DNA of 64,000 nucleotides from Bacteroidia bacterium (GCA_965279035.1 OZ257142.1:4128001-4192000); one strand, 5' to 3'. Positions 38,190-48,482 are shown, counted from the first letter of the stretch. Notes: generated by a model not told the origin, from the letters alone. Numbers and translations are program-made.

Positions 38190-38329
38190 GGCGGCTCCGA
38201 TAATTATCGGAGTGGTAGACGCGTTGGTCTCAAACACCAATATCGCGAGATGTGCCGTTCCGATAGGTATCGGAACGATCCCGGCTCTGGGTACATGAAA
38301 GCAGCTTTTTTAAGCTGCTTTTTTTATTT
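38190..38329 (+). pseudogene. Duplicated tRNA-Leu plus terminator, disrupted by two palindromic insertions
   Basis: Identical to 37589-37698 except AAT->CTCCGATAATTATCGGAG (38195-38212) and GTT->TTCCGATAGGTATCGGAA (38258-38275). The 5' acceptor strand is lost. Confidence 0.9.
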
Positions 38330-38379
38330 TACGATGTTCATCCGACAGGTTGCTGAACACCACGATAAAACGAATATCT

Positions 38380-38772
38380 ATGAATCACATCAAACTAGTC
38401 GAAACGATTTTCTTTGTTAAGGATCAGCAAAAAAGCACTGAATTTTATAAATCTATTTTTCGCAAAAACCCAGATTTAAATGTACCTGGGATGACCGAGT
38501 TTGTACTAGCCGAAAATTTCAAACTAGGTCTAATGCCAAATAAAAGTATCGCAAAAATACTATTAGATAAGTTGCCAAATCCAGAACTTGGTAATGGAAT
38601 TCCTAGATGTGAACTTTATTTATATGTTGAAAATATTGAACTTGAATATGATAACGCTATTAAAAGTGGAGCAAAATTAATCAGCTCAGTTCAAGACAGA
38701 GATTGGGGAGACAAGGCTTGTTATTTTGCTGATATTGATGGGCATGTAATAGCTTTCGCTACAAAACTATAA
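38380..38772 (+). CDS. VOC/glyoxalase family protein
   Basis: VKDQQKSTEFY, ELYLYV, DWGDKACYFADIDGHVI. Confidence 0.85.
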   Translation: MNHIKLVETIFFVKDQQKSTEFYKSIFRKNPDLNVPGMTEFVLAENFKLGLMPNKSIAKILLDKLPNPELGNGIPRCELYLYVENIELEYDNAIKSGAKLISSVQDRDWGDKACYFADIDGHVIAFATKL

Positions 38773-38779
38773 TGTATGC

Positions 38780-41700
38780 TTACTTTAATAAGGTAACATT
38801 TCCTTGAACAACTTTATCTTCTCCCAATAAACTTCGGGCAGATAAACGCCATACATAGTTGCCTATAGGAGCATCTCCGGGATTCCATCCAATATTGGGT
38901 TTGTCCGAAGCAAATAACTCTTGTCCCCAACGATTGAACACTTTAAATTCAAAACGTTCTCTTGCACATCCAGAACAAATGGGGATAAACAAATCATTTA
39001 ATCCATCATTGTTGGGAGTAAATCCAGTTGGGACAAACACTTGAAAATCTTCTACAACAACAATTTGTTCTTTTAAATTGACTTCACATCCTTGATCTGT
39101 GGTAACAAAATAATTTACCAAATAAATGCCTGTATCGGGCATATGTAAAGAAACAGTATCTCCGTAAAAAGTCCCAAGAACATCAACGTTCCAAGTTTCA
39201 TTTTGTCCACCTTGAGTGTAACTAACTAAATGAATATCGGGTTTTGAAAGTGTTGTTATTGATGGAGAAATTGTAATACTTACTTCGGGTTTAGGCAGAA
39301 TTTCAATAAAATTAACTACAGTATTCGTTCCTGTACAGCCAATGACATCCACCAATTTTAGCGAAATAGTATAGAGTCCTTCTTGCACATATTCATGAGA
39401 TGGTAACGCAGAACTTGATGAAGTACCATCACCGAAAGTCCATGCATAACTAAAAGGAGCAATTCCTGAAGTTGAAGCAGTAAAATGAATTGTGGATGGT
39501 AAGCAATCTCGAATGAGATCAGCATTGATAACAGGAACAGGCAATGGCCTTACTAAGACATCTTTACTAGCCATAGGAATTGCTGGTGGGCATGATGAAT
39601 TAACCGTTACAGTATAATTGCCTGAAGTAGTGATATCGATGGATTGTGATGTAGAACCATTACTCCATAAATATGTATATGGTCCTGTTGATGCAGTAAG
39701 AGTTACAGAACCTCCTTCACAAAACTCTAATGGTCCAGAAGCCGTAATGCTTGGATTTCCAGCTAAAGGAGTAACGTCAACTTGAATTGGAGAAGAGGAT
39801 GGTGACACACACCCGTTTGGATCAGTATAAGTAGCGGTGTATTGTCCAGTTGTATTTACAGTGATAGAGTTAGTTGTTGCTCCATTATTCCAATGAATTC
39901 CATTTAGTTGATTTGCTTGTAATGTGGCTGAACCACCTTGGCAAAAGTTTAAAGACCCTATTGAAGAAATAATTGGAGGAGCAGGTGTTGGATTAACAGT
40001 AACATTAACTGATGCCGATACGGGAGAAACACAACCATTCACGTCCATTATTCGGACATTAAATGTTCCATTTTGTGAAACGGTGACTGAAGATGTTGTT
40101 GCTCCATTACTCCAAAGATAACTTGCTCCAGAACTTGAAGTTAGAACAATGTTTTGTCCTGAACATAGGGTTATTGGACCAGCTGGATTAATTACTGGAG
40201 CGGGAGGTTGATTAAAAACGGTGATTGTTATTGGAGATGAAGTTGGTGAAACGCAGCCATTTAAGTCGGTAACGGTTAATGTATAATTAGTAGTAGAATT
40301 CGGTGTGGCAATAGGATTTGAAATTGTTGCATCTGACAAACCTGTTGAAGGATACCATTGGTAAACAGATCCACCAGATCCATTTAACTGAGCACCAGCA
40401 CCGGAACAATTAGCAGCACCAAGTCCTGGATTTGCTATAGGTAAAGCGTTAACAGTAACAATAACTTGATCGCTTGCAGTACATCCATCGACAGAAGTTC
40501 CTGTAACAGTATATGTTTGAGAAGCCGATGAAGATGCAACTGGATTAGCTATAGTAGTAGAACTTAATCCTGTTGAAGGGCTCCAGCTATAAGTAGCTGC
40601 ACCTGTAGCTAAAAGAGCTGTTTGTCCACCAAAGCAATAGGAAGTATCATTTCCAGCAAAAACAGATGGCAATGGATTAACTGTTACTGTGTAATTGGCA
40701 GTAGCAGCACAGGCTGTGCTTGAGCTAGGAGAAGTAACTATGTATGTTGTAGTTGCTGTTGGACTTGCAATTACTGAACTACCAGTAGCTGCAGAAAGAG
40801 TTGTAACAGGAGACCAGTTATAGGTTGATCCACCAGAAACGTTTAGAGTTACGTTTTCCCCAGGGCAAATGGAATTATCAGAGCCTGAAATATTGAGTGT
40901 TGCTGCTGGAAGTGCATTCACTGTAATTGTTCCTGTACCATGACAACCAATGGCATTAGTACCAGTAACTGTAAAAGTTGTATTACCTGCTATTGTTGCA
41001 GTTGCAGGATTTGTTGTTGCGTTTGTAAAAGCAGTTGCAGGTGACCAAGCATAGGTAAGGTTTGTTCCTCCCGATGCAGTTAAAGTAAATGGAGTACCCG
41101 CACAAACTGGGTTTTGCGATGCTGCAACGGTTAAATTAATAGGTGGAATTACAGTAACGGTAACTGGAACTCGAGGAGTAGTGCAAGGACCAAAAGTAGC
41201 TTGGACGTAATACGTAGTTGTAGTATTTAAGACAGGAGTTGTAAACGTTGCTCCCAAAGCAATTTGAGTTGTACTCGTTGCATTTAAGTACCAACGAATT
41301 ATTCCTTGAGCAGTAGCGGTAATGGTTGTAGAAGTCCCGGCGCAAATTGTTTGATTAGAAACTTGAACATTTGCCGCTGTGTTAGAAACAACATTTACAT
41401 TGTATTCTTCCACTTCACCTACTTGGAGATTTGATGGACTTGGAAGATTACATGGATTTGATGGAACAGTATTATACATGCATCGAACACGCATTCTAGT
41501 TGTTCCAATTAATGCTGTTGCGGGAACTTGAATTGTTCCAGTATAAACACTATTACTTGAACCACCGGAATTGTAAACATATTCACCCGCATCAGAATAA
41601 TCTAAATCTTGATTCCAATCGATCCAAATTCCAAATCCTTGTGGAAAATCACCTAGGGAATTACCACTTTGCATGGAAACATTAAACGAACAGCCCTGTG

Positions 41701-41965
41701 TGGCTGTAACGGTCATGTTTGAGTAATAGATAAAATTGTTAGGCTGCCCATTACAAGCAGTATTATTATTAACGATATTGGTAATTCCGTTGCTAGTAGA
41801 AAAATTATTGATGAAATCGGCAGTTACTTCGGGGCTACTTTGAAAACAAGGGTAATTGTATTGAGGAGCACAATATTGAGCATGAAGTTTCCCTGAAAAG
41901 GCAATAGTAGCTAGTGCTACCAGCAAAAGTAAGTATATCAGACTTTTATGTGAAACGATGTTCAT
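38780..41965 (-). CDS. Secreted GEVED/Ig-like/PKD protein with T9SS type B (CHU_C) C-terminal domain
   Basis: WIDWNQD...GEVEEY, YxWSP repeats, WTFGDG, and FTPNNDGLND...FNRWG...YVW. Confidence 0.88.
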   Translation of the reverse strand: MNIVSHKSLIYLLLLVALATIAFSGKLHAQYCAPQYNYPCFQSSPEVTADFINNFSTSNGITNIVNNNTACNGQPNNFIYYSNMTVTATQGCSFNVSMQSGNSLGDFPQGFGIWIDWNQDLDYSDAGEYVYNSGGSSNSVYTGTIQVPATALIGTTRMRVRCMYNTVPSNPCNLPSPSNLQVGEVEEYNVNVVSNTAANVQVSNQTICAGTSTTITATAQGIIRWYLNATSTTQIALGATFTTPVLNTTTTYYVQATFGPCTTPRVPVTVTVIPPINLTVAASQNPVCAGTPFTLTASGGTNLTYAWSPATAFTNATTNPATATIAGNTTFTVTGTNAIGCHGTGTITVNALPAATLNISGSDNSICPGENVTLNVSGGSTYNWSPVTTLSAATGSSVIASPTATTTYIVTSPSSSTACAATANYTVTVNPLPSVFAGNDTSYCFGGQTALLATGAATYSWSPSTGLSSTTIANPVASSSASQTYTVTGTSVDGCTASDQVIVTVNALPIANPGLGAANCSGAGAQLNGSGGSVYQWYPSTGLSDATISNPIATPNSTTNYTLTVTDLNGCVSPTSSPITITVFNQPPAPVINPAGPITLCSGQNIVLTSSSGASYLWSNGATTSSVTVSQNGTFNVRIMDVNGCVSPVSASVNVTVNPTPAPPIISSIGSLNFCQGGSATLQANQLNGIHWNNGATTNSITVNTTGQYTATYTDPNGCVSPSSSPIQVDVTPLAGNPSITASGPLEFCEGGSVTLTASTGPYTYLWSNGSTSQSIDITTSGNYTVTVNSSCPPAIPMASKDVLVRPLPVPVINADLIRDCLPSTIHFTASTSGIAPFSYAWTFGDGTSSSSALPSHEYVQEGLYTISLKLVDVIGCTGTNTVVNFIEILPKPEVSITISPSITTLSKPDIHLVSYTQGGQNETWNVDVLGTFYGDTVSLHMPDTGIYLVNYFVTTDQGCEVNLKEQIVVVEDFQVFVPTGFTPNNDGLNDLFIPICSGCARERFEFKVFNRWGQELFASDKPNIGWNPGDAPIGNYVWRLSARSLLGEDKVVQGNVTLLK

Positions 41966-42025
41966 TACCCTGCTAATATAGAAAGAATGAAGATACTTCC
42001 ATTCAAATTAACATTGGATTAACGT

Positions 42026-42232
42026 TTATTCTACTTTGCCCTCCATCTGCTTAATTATCAAGTTGATCTCTTTTTCTGTTGATCTTAAACGAAGTTGACA
42101 AAATTCGATGAGTTCGGACGCTCTTTTTACTTTTTCTGCTAGAACATCAACTGTAACAGATTCATTGTCAATTGCCGCTGCAATTTCTTTTAATTCAGCA
42201 AATGCTTTTTCATAAGTTAAGGTTGCTGCCAT
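42026..42232 (-). CDS. xseB: Exodeoxyribonuclease VII small subunit
   Basis: TYEKAFAELKEI...KVKRASELIEFCQ; overlaps the end of xseA. Confidence 0.9.
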   Translation of the reverse strand: MAATLTYEKAFAELKEIAAAIDNESVTVDVLAEKVKRASELIEFCQLRLRSTEKEINLIIKQMEGKVE

Positions 42233-43655
42233 TGTTCTTTTGTTTTTTAGTGACCGAAACGTCGAGTTCTGAATCGCTCAAATATACCTGAATCGAATCG
42301 CCCTTTTTTATCGATTTTGCATTGGGTTGAATCTTCCCATCAAGCAGTACTAAAGCAAATCCTCTTTTTAAAGTATTAACTGGGCTGAGTAAATTGAAAA
42401 CGGTTTCATAATGATTGAGGTTTTCTTTTTTACTTTTTAGAAAGCGTTTGATTTGCAGAGAAAAATCGCTACGAATTGAATTTAATTCATGCCATTCCTT
42501 TCCTACAATCAATGTTGGTCGTGTGCTTAATTGACGGGTTAAAAGATTCATTGTTTTAGAATGTTGGTATAGTAAGCCCGTGCTTTTGCTAATAATGCGT
42601 TGTCGATTGGAATTTAATTGATCGAACTGTGCACTCAGAATATTGGTAGATGCCTGTTGAATTAAACTAAAATTTCGAGTTAGAAGGTCTTTTTCTTTAA
42701 TCAACAATTGTTGCGAGCGAATAATAATTTGTTGCCTTAATTGAATGATGTTTTCTTCAAAATTACGGTTGTGAGCTAAAATAAATTCAGCGGCTTTTGT
42801 TGGTGTTTTAAGCGCTGTGTGAGCCATTAGATCGCACACAGAAATATCTTTAAGGTGACCAAGTCCTGTTAAAATTGGAATTGGAAAACGTGCCACTGCT
42901 TTAGCTAAAGGATATGCATCGAACATGAGAAAATCGGTTTGTGCTCCTCCTCCACGCACAATGACAACTACATCGAAAGTTTTCTCACTTTTAAAAATTT
43001 CAATCAATCGATTCACCAATTGTTGTCCTTGTTCATCGCCTTGAACCAAGGTTTGAAACAAATGAACTTCGAGTTTATAACCAAAAGGATTCTCCTCAAT
43101 TGTATGACGAAAATCTTGCAGACCAGCACTACTCTCGGAAGAAATTACAGCAATTCGTTGAATAACATCGGGTAGTTTGATGCTTTGATTTCGCGTATAA
43201 TAACGACCATTAGCAAATTGTACAACATCCGAATTTTCTGAAACCAATCTTGCAAGAGTAGCGTCGCGTTGTTGTTGAAGTTGACCAATGGTGAAGCTTG
43301 CATCAATTTTATTAAGCGCTACTTTCAGTCCATGAACTGGATGATAGTTTACCGAAATATTGACTAAAACCTGAATACCATTTTTAAAAACCTGTCCTGT
43401 TAATTGCTCAAATGTTTCAATTTCGTATGCCGATTGTCCAAATGCTACAGCCGAAACTTCTGCTTTTATTTGACCGGATGTTTCATCCTTTTCAATTAAG
43501 TGAAAGTAAAATGTATGTGTTCTGGAATAATGATTCAGATTGGAGATTTCGGCAATAACCCAAAAAGATTGTCCGGCAAAGCGATCTTGCAGCGTTTGGA
43601 GAATGATCGCTGTAAATTCTGAAAGACGAATACCGGGTTTGTTGGTTGGTATCAT
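42210..43655 (-). CDS. xseA: Exodeoxyribonuclease VII large subunit
   Basis: WVIAEISN, VRGGGA, TGLGH..D, TPTKAAE, LKRGFA. Start placed at ATG 43655. Confidence 0.92.
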   Translation of the reverse strand: MIPTNKPGIRLSEFTAIILQTLQDRFAGQSFWVIAEISNLNHYSRTHTFYFHLIEKDETSGQIKAEVSAVAFGQSAYEIETFEQLTGQVFKNGIQVLVNISVNYHPVHGLKVALNKIDASFTIGQLQQQRDATLARLVSENSDVVQFANGRYYTRNQSIKLPDVIQRIAVISSESSAGLQDFRHTIEENPFGYKLEVHLFQTLVQGDEQGQQLVNRLIEIFKSEKTFDVVVIVRGGGAQTDFLMFDAYPLAKAVARFPIPILTGLGHLKDISVCDLMAHTALKTPTKAAEFILAHNRNFEENIIQLRQQIIIRSQQLLIKEKDLLTRNFSLIQQASTNILSAQFDQLNSNRQRIISKSTGLLYQHSKTMNLLTRQLSTRPTLIVGKEWHELNSIRSDFSLQIKRFLKSKKENLNHYETVFNLLSPVNTLKRGFALVLLDGKIQPNAKSIKKGDSIQVYLSDSELDVSVTKKQKNNGSNLNL

Positions 43656-43742
43656 TTGCAAGCGTGAAAATACATGAAGTGCAAGGTCGATTGACACTTG
43701 TTGATGAATTGTTGCTGAAATAGGATTTCCGTTATTTGTAGC

Positions 43743-45113
43743 ATGTTAAAAAAAAGGAATTTGTTGAATTTAAGTTTTGCGCTAATGCTTTTGGCGACAC
43801 TCCTTCCTTTTTTGATTCTTGCCTGGTTTAATTGGCCATCGAGTGACGATTATTTTGATTGGATGTATGTTCAAGAGAACGGAATTCCAAGTGCATTAAA
43901 AAATTATTATCTTCATTGGGGAGGAAGATTTAGTAGTTCCTTCATAGTATATCTACTTAACCCTTTGCAATGGGGCGAAAACTCAGCGATGCGTTGGTTG
44001 ACATTCATTCAACTTGGATTGTTCGTATTGCTTTGTTACCAATTAAGTTCTTTGGTTTTAAATAAAAATCAAACTGGTAAAACCAGTTTCAGCCTCCTTG
44101 TTTTATTGAGTCTTTTTTGGTGGTGTTATTTGCCTCGTCCAGTTGAGTTGTTATTTTGGTTTACAGGAAGTATGACCTATTTGCCAGGTTTGGTAGCGAT
44201 GGGATATTGGTATTCATTGAGTCAAAAAATAAATCCACTTTCTCGAGTACAGAAAATTTTGCTGATTATACTTCCATTTCTAATTGCAGGCAGCAATGAA
44301 TTAAACATTTTTTTGATGAGTTGCTTAATGGTTTGGGTAATTTCCAAGTCAGGAATAAAGCGAAAAGAAATAGTATTTGCGCTAATCTTCTTTGTGCTTG
44401 GAATTGGTTTGGCTTTGCTTGCTCCGGGAAATTCTGCGCGTTCGGAATTCTTTAGTGAATCGGCTGGTTTGCCAGTTCATGATTTAGAATTTACATGGAA
44501 ACAAAGTGCAGAACTTGCGATGCATGCAATAGGAAATTTATTTTTCAAAACTCCGATTTTGTTGTTGGGATTGTTTTTGGGATTTCTTCCTAGTGTAAAT
44601 CAAAAAAGCAAAAAGGAAAATAGTGCATTATTTATTGCTGTATTCATTATTCCAATAATACTGTATTCGCCATTTTGCTTTGGTACTGGACAGATGCAAG
44701 CTCCTGATCGTGTTCACAATGTTGTTTTTATCATTGAATCTTTTTTGTTTTTATGTTTTTGTCGCGGATTGGTGAATACTAAAGTGGCTATCAATTATTC
44801 CAAAGAAATGGCCATCATATTAGGATTGATTTGTTTGTTCATTCCTGGTAATCGCGTGCAATCGGCATGGAGAGATTTAGGGCGAGTAGAAGAGTATCAA
44901 AAACAGCAGGTTTCTCGCCGAAAGTATATTGAAGAAGTTAAGTTGAAGTATGATCCATTGATGATTACTTTCTCCGAAATTCAATGCATTCCTTATACGC
45001 TCTTTTATGGTGATTTAAGTAGTAATCCGCAGGATCATTTTAATCAGGGATTTGCTCGATATCATGGGATAAGAGCTGTTAAAGTTGAAGTTTATGAAGA
45101 AGCTCCGAAATAA
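43743..45113 (+). CDS. Polytopic membrane protein (DUF6056/GT-C glycosyltransferase-like)
   Basis: PSSDDY, YLHWGGRF, GSNE, APGNSAR; about 11 hydrophobic segments. Confidence 0.6.
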   Translation: MLKKRNLLNLSFALMLLATLLPFLILAWFNWPSSDDYFDWMYVQENGIPSALKNYYLHWGGRFSSSFIVYLLNPLQWGENSAMRWLTFIQLGLFVLLCYQLSSLVLNKNQTGKTSFSLLVLLSLFWWCYLPRPVELLFWFTGSMTYLPGLVAMGYWYSLSQKINPLSRVQKILLIILPFLIAGSNELNIFLMSCLMVWVISKSGIKRKEIVFALIFFVLGIGLALLAPGNSARSEFFSESAGLPVHDLEFTWKQSAELAMHAIGNLFFKTPILLLGLFLGFLPSVNQKSKKENSALFIAVFIIPIILYSPFCFGTGQMQAPDRVHNVVFIIESFLFLCFCRGLVNTKVAINYSKEMAIILGLICLFIPGNRVQSAWRDLGRVEEYQKQQVSRRKYIEEVKLKYDPLMITFSEIQCIPYTLFYGDLSSNPQDHFNQGFARYHGIRAVKVEVYEEAPK

Positions 45114-45120
45114 TATTAGC

Positions 45121-45540
45121 ACTGTTTATTCGGTTGAATAATCAAATTATTTATTCTTTTCAATTATTGAATAATGACTATGATAGCATCTTGCCAATTA
45201 ATCATTCATGTTTGTCTGCGACTCCATACTTTCTTGTCTTGACACACGCTTCGACAAGCTCAGCGTGCATTTAAAGAAGGTCAAGTCTGGACGATGCTGC
45301 TTACGCTCTAGGCCATTTTTCGACCATTCTGTAAGGACAATCATTTTTCTAATTTAAGTCGAAACACACCCTCGCCGCCCAGACATAGCCACCGCTCTGA
45401 TCCGTTTCTAAACCTAATTATACTTAATACGTTACGTTTAAGGTTATACATTTCCTTTGTATTATGTGTTAAACTTTAATTATTATTGAAGTTAAATTTC
45501 ATTTTAACTATTTGTTTTAATTTTTATTCACTCAACGGAT
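45121..45540. mobile_element. IS982-end MITE with structured core, copy 1 (degenerate ends)
   Basis: Core 45200-45416 is highly similar to 46030-46243 and 58161-58412. Degenerate IRs ACTGTTTATTCGGTTGAAT and ATTCACTCAACGGAT. Confidence 0.65.
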
Positions 45541-45542
45541 GA

Positions 45543-45908
45543 TTATCGTATTTCTGGTTTGTAATACATATTGAGCGATTCCGGTTTGCCGTCGGCTTTT
45601 ACATCGAGTTTTGCTTCTTGATCGGATGCATTTAAAAATAATAAAGCTGCTTCTGAAGGAGCTTTTGCTTTAATGTCTTTTCCTGGTTGAAGTTGGATGA
45701 GTTCTTTTTCGGTTCCATCGGATGTGCGAAGTGAAATGATTACTGGAACATTTCCAACATTTTTAGCATACGCCGAGAATGACTTTGATTGACCACCACC
45801 AAGAAAGAATTGTTCGTGAGGTTTTATTGTAAGTTGTGACTTAAACTGGGGTGAAATAAATGCGTAAAGAATAAGAAGAATTGCAGCGAATGGGAGAATT
45901 TTTTTCAT
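45543..45908 (-). CDS. Hypothetical exported protein
   Basis: Signal-like MKKILPFAAILLILYAF from ATG 45908. Confidence 0.65.
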   Translation of the reverse strand: MKKILPFAAILLILYAFISPQFKSQLTIKPHEQFFLGGGQSKSFSAYAKNVGNVPVIISLRTSDGTEKELIQLQPGKDIKAKAPSEAALLFLNASDQEAKLDVKADGKPESLNMYYKPEIR

Positions 45909-45949
45909 GTATTGTTTTTTAATGAACGTGCATGAATTGAAAAGGTTTA

Positions 45950-46351
45950 ACCCGTTGTGCGGTTGAATTATCAATTTATTTTATCATATTAAACAATGAA
46001 ATAAGGCTGTTAATGCTTCTTGACACTATATCATTCATGTTTGTCTACGACGTATTAATTCTTGTCTTGACACACGCTTCGACAAGCTCAGCGTGCATTT
46101 AAAGAAGGTCAAGTCTGGACGATGCTGCTTACGCACCAGGCCTTTTTTCGACCATTTTGCTCGGATAAGCTTTTTTTTCATCTATGTCGAAACACACCCT
46201 CGCCGCCCAGACATAGCCTCCACAAGATCCGTTTCTAAACCTAATTTTAATTTAAATAATTTAATCTAAAGGCATTACATAAGTAATGATTATTGGGGTA
46301 AGCGATAAATAGTGTTGAAGGATAATTCTAATTTTTAACCGCACAACGGGA
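45950..46351. mobile_element. IS982-end MITE with structured core, copy 2 (intact ends, TSD)
   Basis: Left ACCCGTTGTGCGGTTGAAT and right TTTTTAACCGCACAACGGG match the ends of the IS982 at 49690-50710. Flanked by the direct repeat AAGGTTTA (45942-49 and 46352-59). Confidence 0.85.
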
Positions 46352-46411
46352 AAGGTTTATTATTTTAGGTTTTCGATTTAATTTGTGTTTTTCCATTTTA
46401 ATTATTGAACA

Positions 46412-47014
46412 ATGAATCAACTTTCCTATATCCAAAATGCTGCTCCATTTGCCCAGCCAATTCTGCTATATATTCAGGAATTGGTGATGAAGGTTTGTCC
46501 GGAAGCGGAGGTGAAAATCAAGTGGAGTTTTCCCTGTTTTATATATAAAGGCAAGATGCTCTGCAGCATGGCGGCATTTAAAAATCATTGCAGTTTTGGG
46601 TTTTGGTTAACGGAGCAATTGCATGATCCACATGGATATTTATTACCAAATAATGACAAATCAGCGATGGGGAATTTGGGTAGAATTACTTCGATAGCAG
46701 ATATTCCAGAAGAATCGGTGATGGTTGATTTTATTTGTCAAACAATGATTTTAATTGACAATGGAGCAAAGCTTAGCAGAAAGAAAAACACTGAACCTAA
46801 ACCGTTGATTATACCTGAAGAATTAGAAATTGCATTGCAATCTTCAGCTAAGGCTGGAAATGTATTTTTAGCCTTTAGCACATCTCATAAAAGAGAATAT
46901 GCGGAATGGATAATGGAAGCGAAAACTACAGCAACAAAAGAAAAGCGAGTTGCTCAAGCAATTGCTATGATGGAAGAAGGGAAAAGTAGGAATTGGAAAT
47001 ATGAGAAATGTTGA
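46412..47014 (+). CDS. YdeI/OmpD-associated family protein (DUF1801 + OmdA)
   Basis: IKWSFPCF, AAFKNHCSFGFW, SHKREYAEWIMEAKT..TKEKRV. Confidence 0.85.
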   Translation: MNQLSYIQNAAPFAQPILLYIQELVMKVCPEAEVKIKWSFPCFIYKGKMLCSMAAFKNHCSFGFWLTEQLHDPHGYLLPNNDKSAMGNLGRITSIADIPEESVMVDFICQTMILIDNGAKLSRKKNTEPKPLIIPEELEIALQSSAKAGNVFLAFSTSHKREYAEWIMEAKTTATKEKRVAQAIAMMEEGKSRNWKYEKC

Positions 47015-47033
47015 ATAATTATTAATTACGAAT

Positions 47034-48428
47034 CAGTACTGTCCGGTTAAAGTTTAAATCAGAAAAAAGGAGCGACCATTTCGATCACTCCTTTTGTGAT
47101 TATTTTTGAGTTACGACACACCAAAATAATCATGAGTAAAAGTAAATATTTTACCGGACAGCCGATTTACAGTCAACTCCTTTCTTATCTGCCTCAGACG
47201 AAAGTAAAGAACATAGCTGATGAGCATAACGCTGATAGGTATTATAAGAACTTCAGGACTTATACGCACCTAGTAACGATGCTTTACGCAATCTTTAATC
47301 GGTGTACAGGTATCCGAGAAGTGACCTCAGGCCTACTTGCCTGGGAAGGCAGGATACAGCATTTAGGAATCAACTACTTTCCCAGAAGGAGCACGATTTC
47401 AGATGCAAATACCAGTCGACCAGCCGATGTCTTTGAAGATATTTACTACTGGCTTTATGACCGATACAAGCATTTTTTACCGGACAGCCGAAGTAAAATC
47501 GCATCCCGGCTTTATATTGTTGACTCGACAACGATTCAGTTGTTTCAGGAAGTTTTGAAAAATGCCGGTCGTAATCCCGCCGATGGTAAGCGCAAAGGCG
47601 GTATTAAGGTGCATACTTTAATGAGGAGTGATCAAGACGTGCCTTGCTTGATAAGGTTCTCTGCTGGAGCTGGAGCCGACAGCCCATTTCTGCAGAACAT
47701 ACACCTGCAACGTGGGTCCATTGTGGTGTTTGATCGTGGTTATAATGATTACAAGCAATACAACCGTTTCTCGGAAGAAAATGTCACATGGGTGACCCGA
47801 TTACGAAACAACACCGTGATCAAAGTCCTGCGGGAAAAGAAAATTTCAGACAAGGAAAAGCAGAACGGAATTTTGCTCGACCAGATTATAGAAATGGGCC
47901 ACACCAAGCACAATAACAATACACGAGTGAAGGCACGTCTTATAAAATATGAGGACAAAAAATCGAAGAGGATATTTGAATTCATAACCAATAACAATCA
48001 ATTCAAACCCTCCTCAATCGCACTGTTTTATAAAAATCGTTGGCAGATCGAATCGCTATTTAAGCGTATCAAACAGAACTATCCGATGCAAAGCTTCCTT
48101 GGAGAGAGCGAAAATGCGATCAAAATCCAAATCTGGTGTGCCCTGATCGCTGACCTTGTCTTAAAAATTGTCAAAGCAAGAGCTGGTAAAAACTGGTCGT
48201 TTTCAAATCTTGCAGCCATGGTCAGGCTACATTTGATGACCTATATCAACCTTTTTGAATTCCTCATCAATCCTGAAAAATCGCTAATTAGAAATCAAAT
48301 TAAATCCTTTCAACTGCCATTGTTCCCTCCATAGGGGGCTTTATTTTAAATAAATACCATCAACACCCGCATTTACTGCAACTACAGAAGGTAAATCATG
48401 CAATCTCAATTTTAACCGGACAGTACTG
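47034..48428 (+). mobile_element. IS4-family insertion sequence, 1395 bp
   Basis: 17-bp IRs CAGTACTGTCCGGTTAA / TTAACCGGACAGTACTG; 9-bp TSD ATTACGAAT (47025-33 and 48429-37). Confidence 0.92.
47132..48334 (+). CDS. IS4-family transposase (DUF4372 + DDE_Tnp_1)
   Basis: VDSTTI, FDRGY, and the YREK motif YKNRWQIESLFKRIKQ. Confidence 0.92.
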   Translation: MSKSKYFTGQPIYSQLLSYLPQTKVKNIADEHNADRYYKNFRTYTHLVTMLYAIFNRCTGIREVTSGLLAWEGRIQHLGINYFPRRSTISDANTSRPADVFEDIYYWLYDRYKHFLPDSRSKIASRLYIVDSTTIQLFQEVLKNAGRNPADGKRKGGIKVHTLMRSDQDVPCLIRFSAGAGADSPFLQNIHLQRGSIVVFDRGYNDYKQYNRFSEENVTWVTRLRNNTVIKVLREKKISDKEKQNGILLDQIIEMGHTKHNNNTRVKARLIKYEDKKSKRIFEFITNNNQFKPSSIALFYKNRWQIESLFKRIKQNYPMQSFLGESENAIKIQIWCALIADLVLKIVKARAGKNWSFSNLAAMVRLHLMTYINLFEFLINPEKSLIRNQIKSFQLPLFPP

Positions 48429-48482
48429 ATTACGAATTATTAATTATTAATTACGAATGGGGGTTACGATAAACGACAAATT

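Noticed and set aside
37581-38329. Prophage or integrative element attL/attR at tRNA-Leu
   Set aside because: Only about 490 bp lie between the repeats and there is no integrase. Reported instead as the GIY-YIG module.
38780-41965. Internal repeats in the large secreted proteins (also 1..2529)
   Set aside because: These are diverged protein-domain repeats typical of T9SS cargo, not DNA-level repeat systems.
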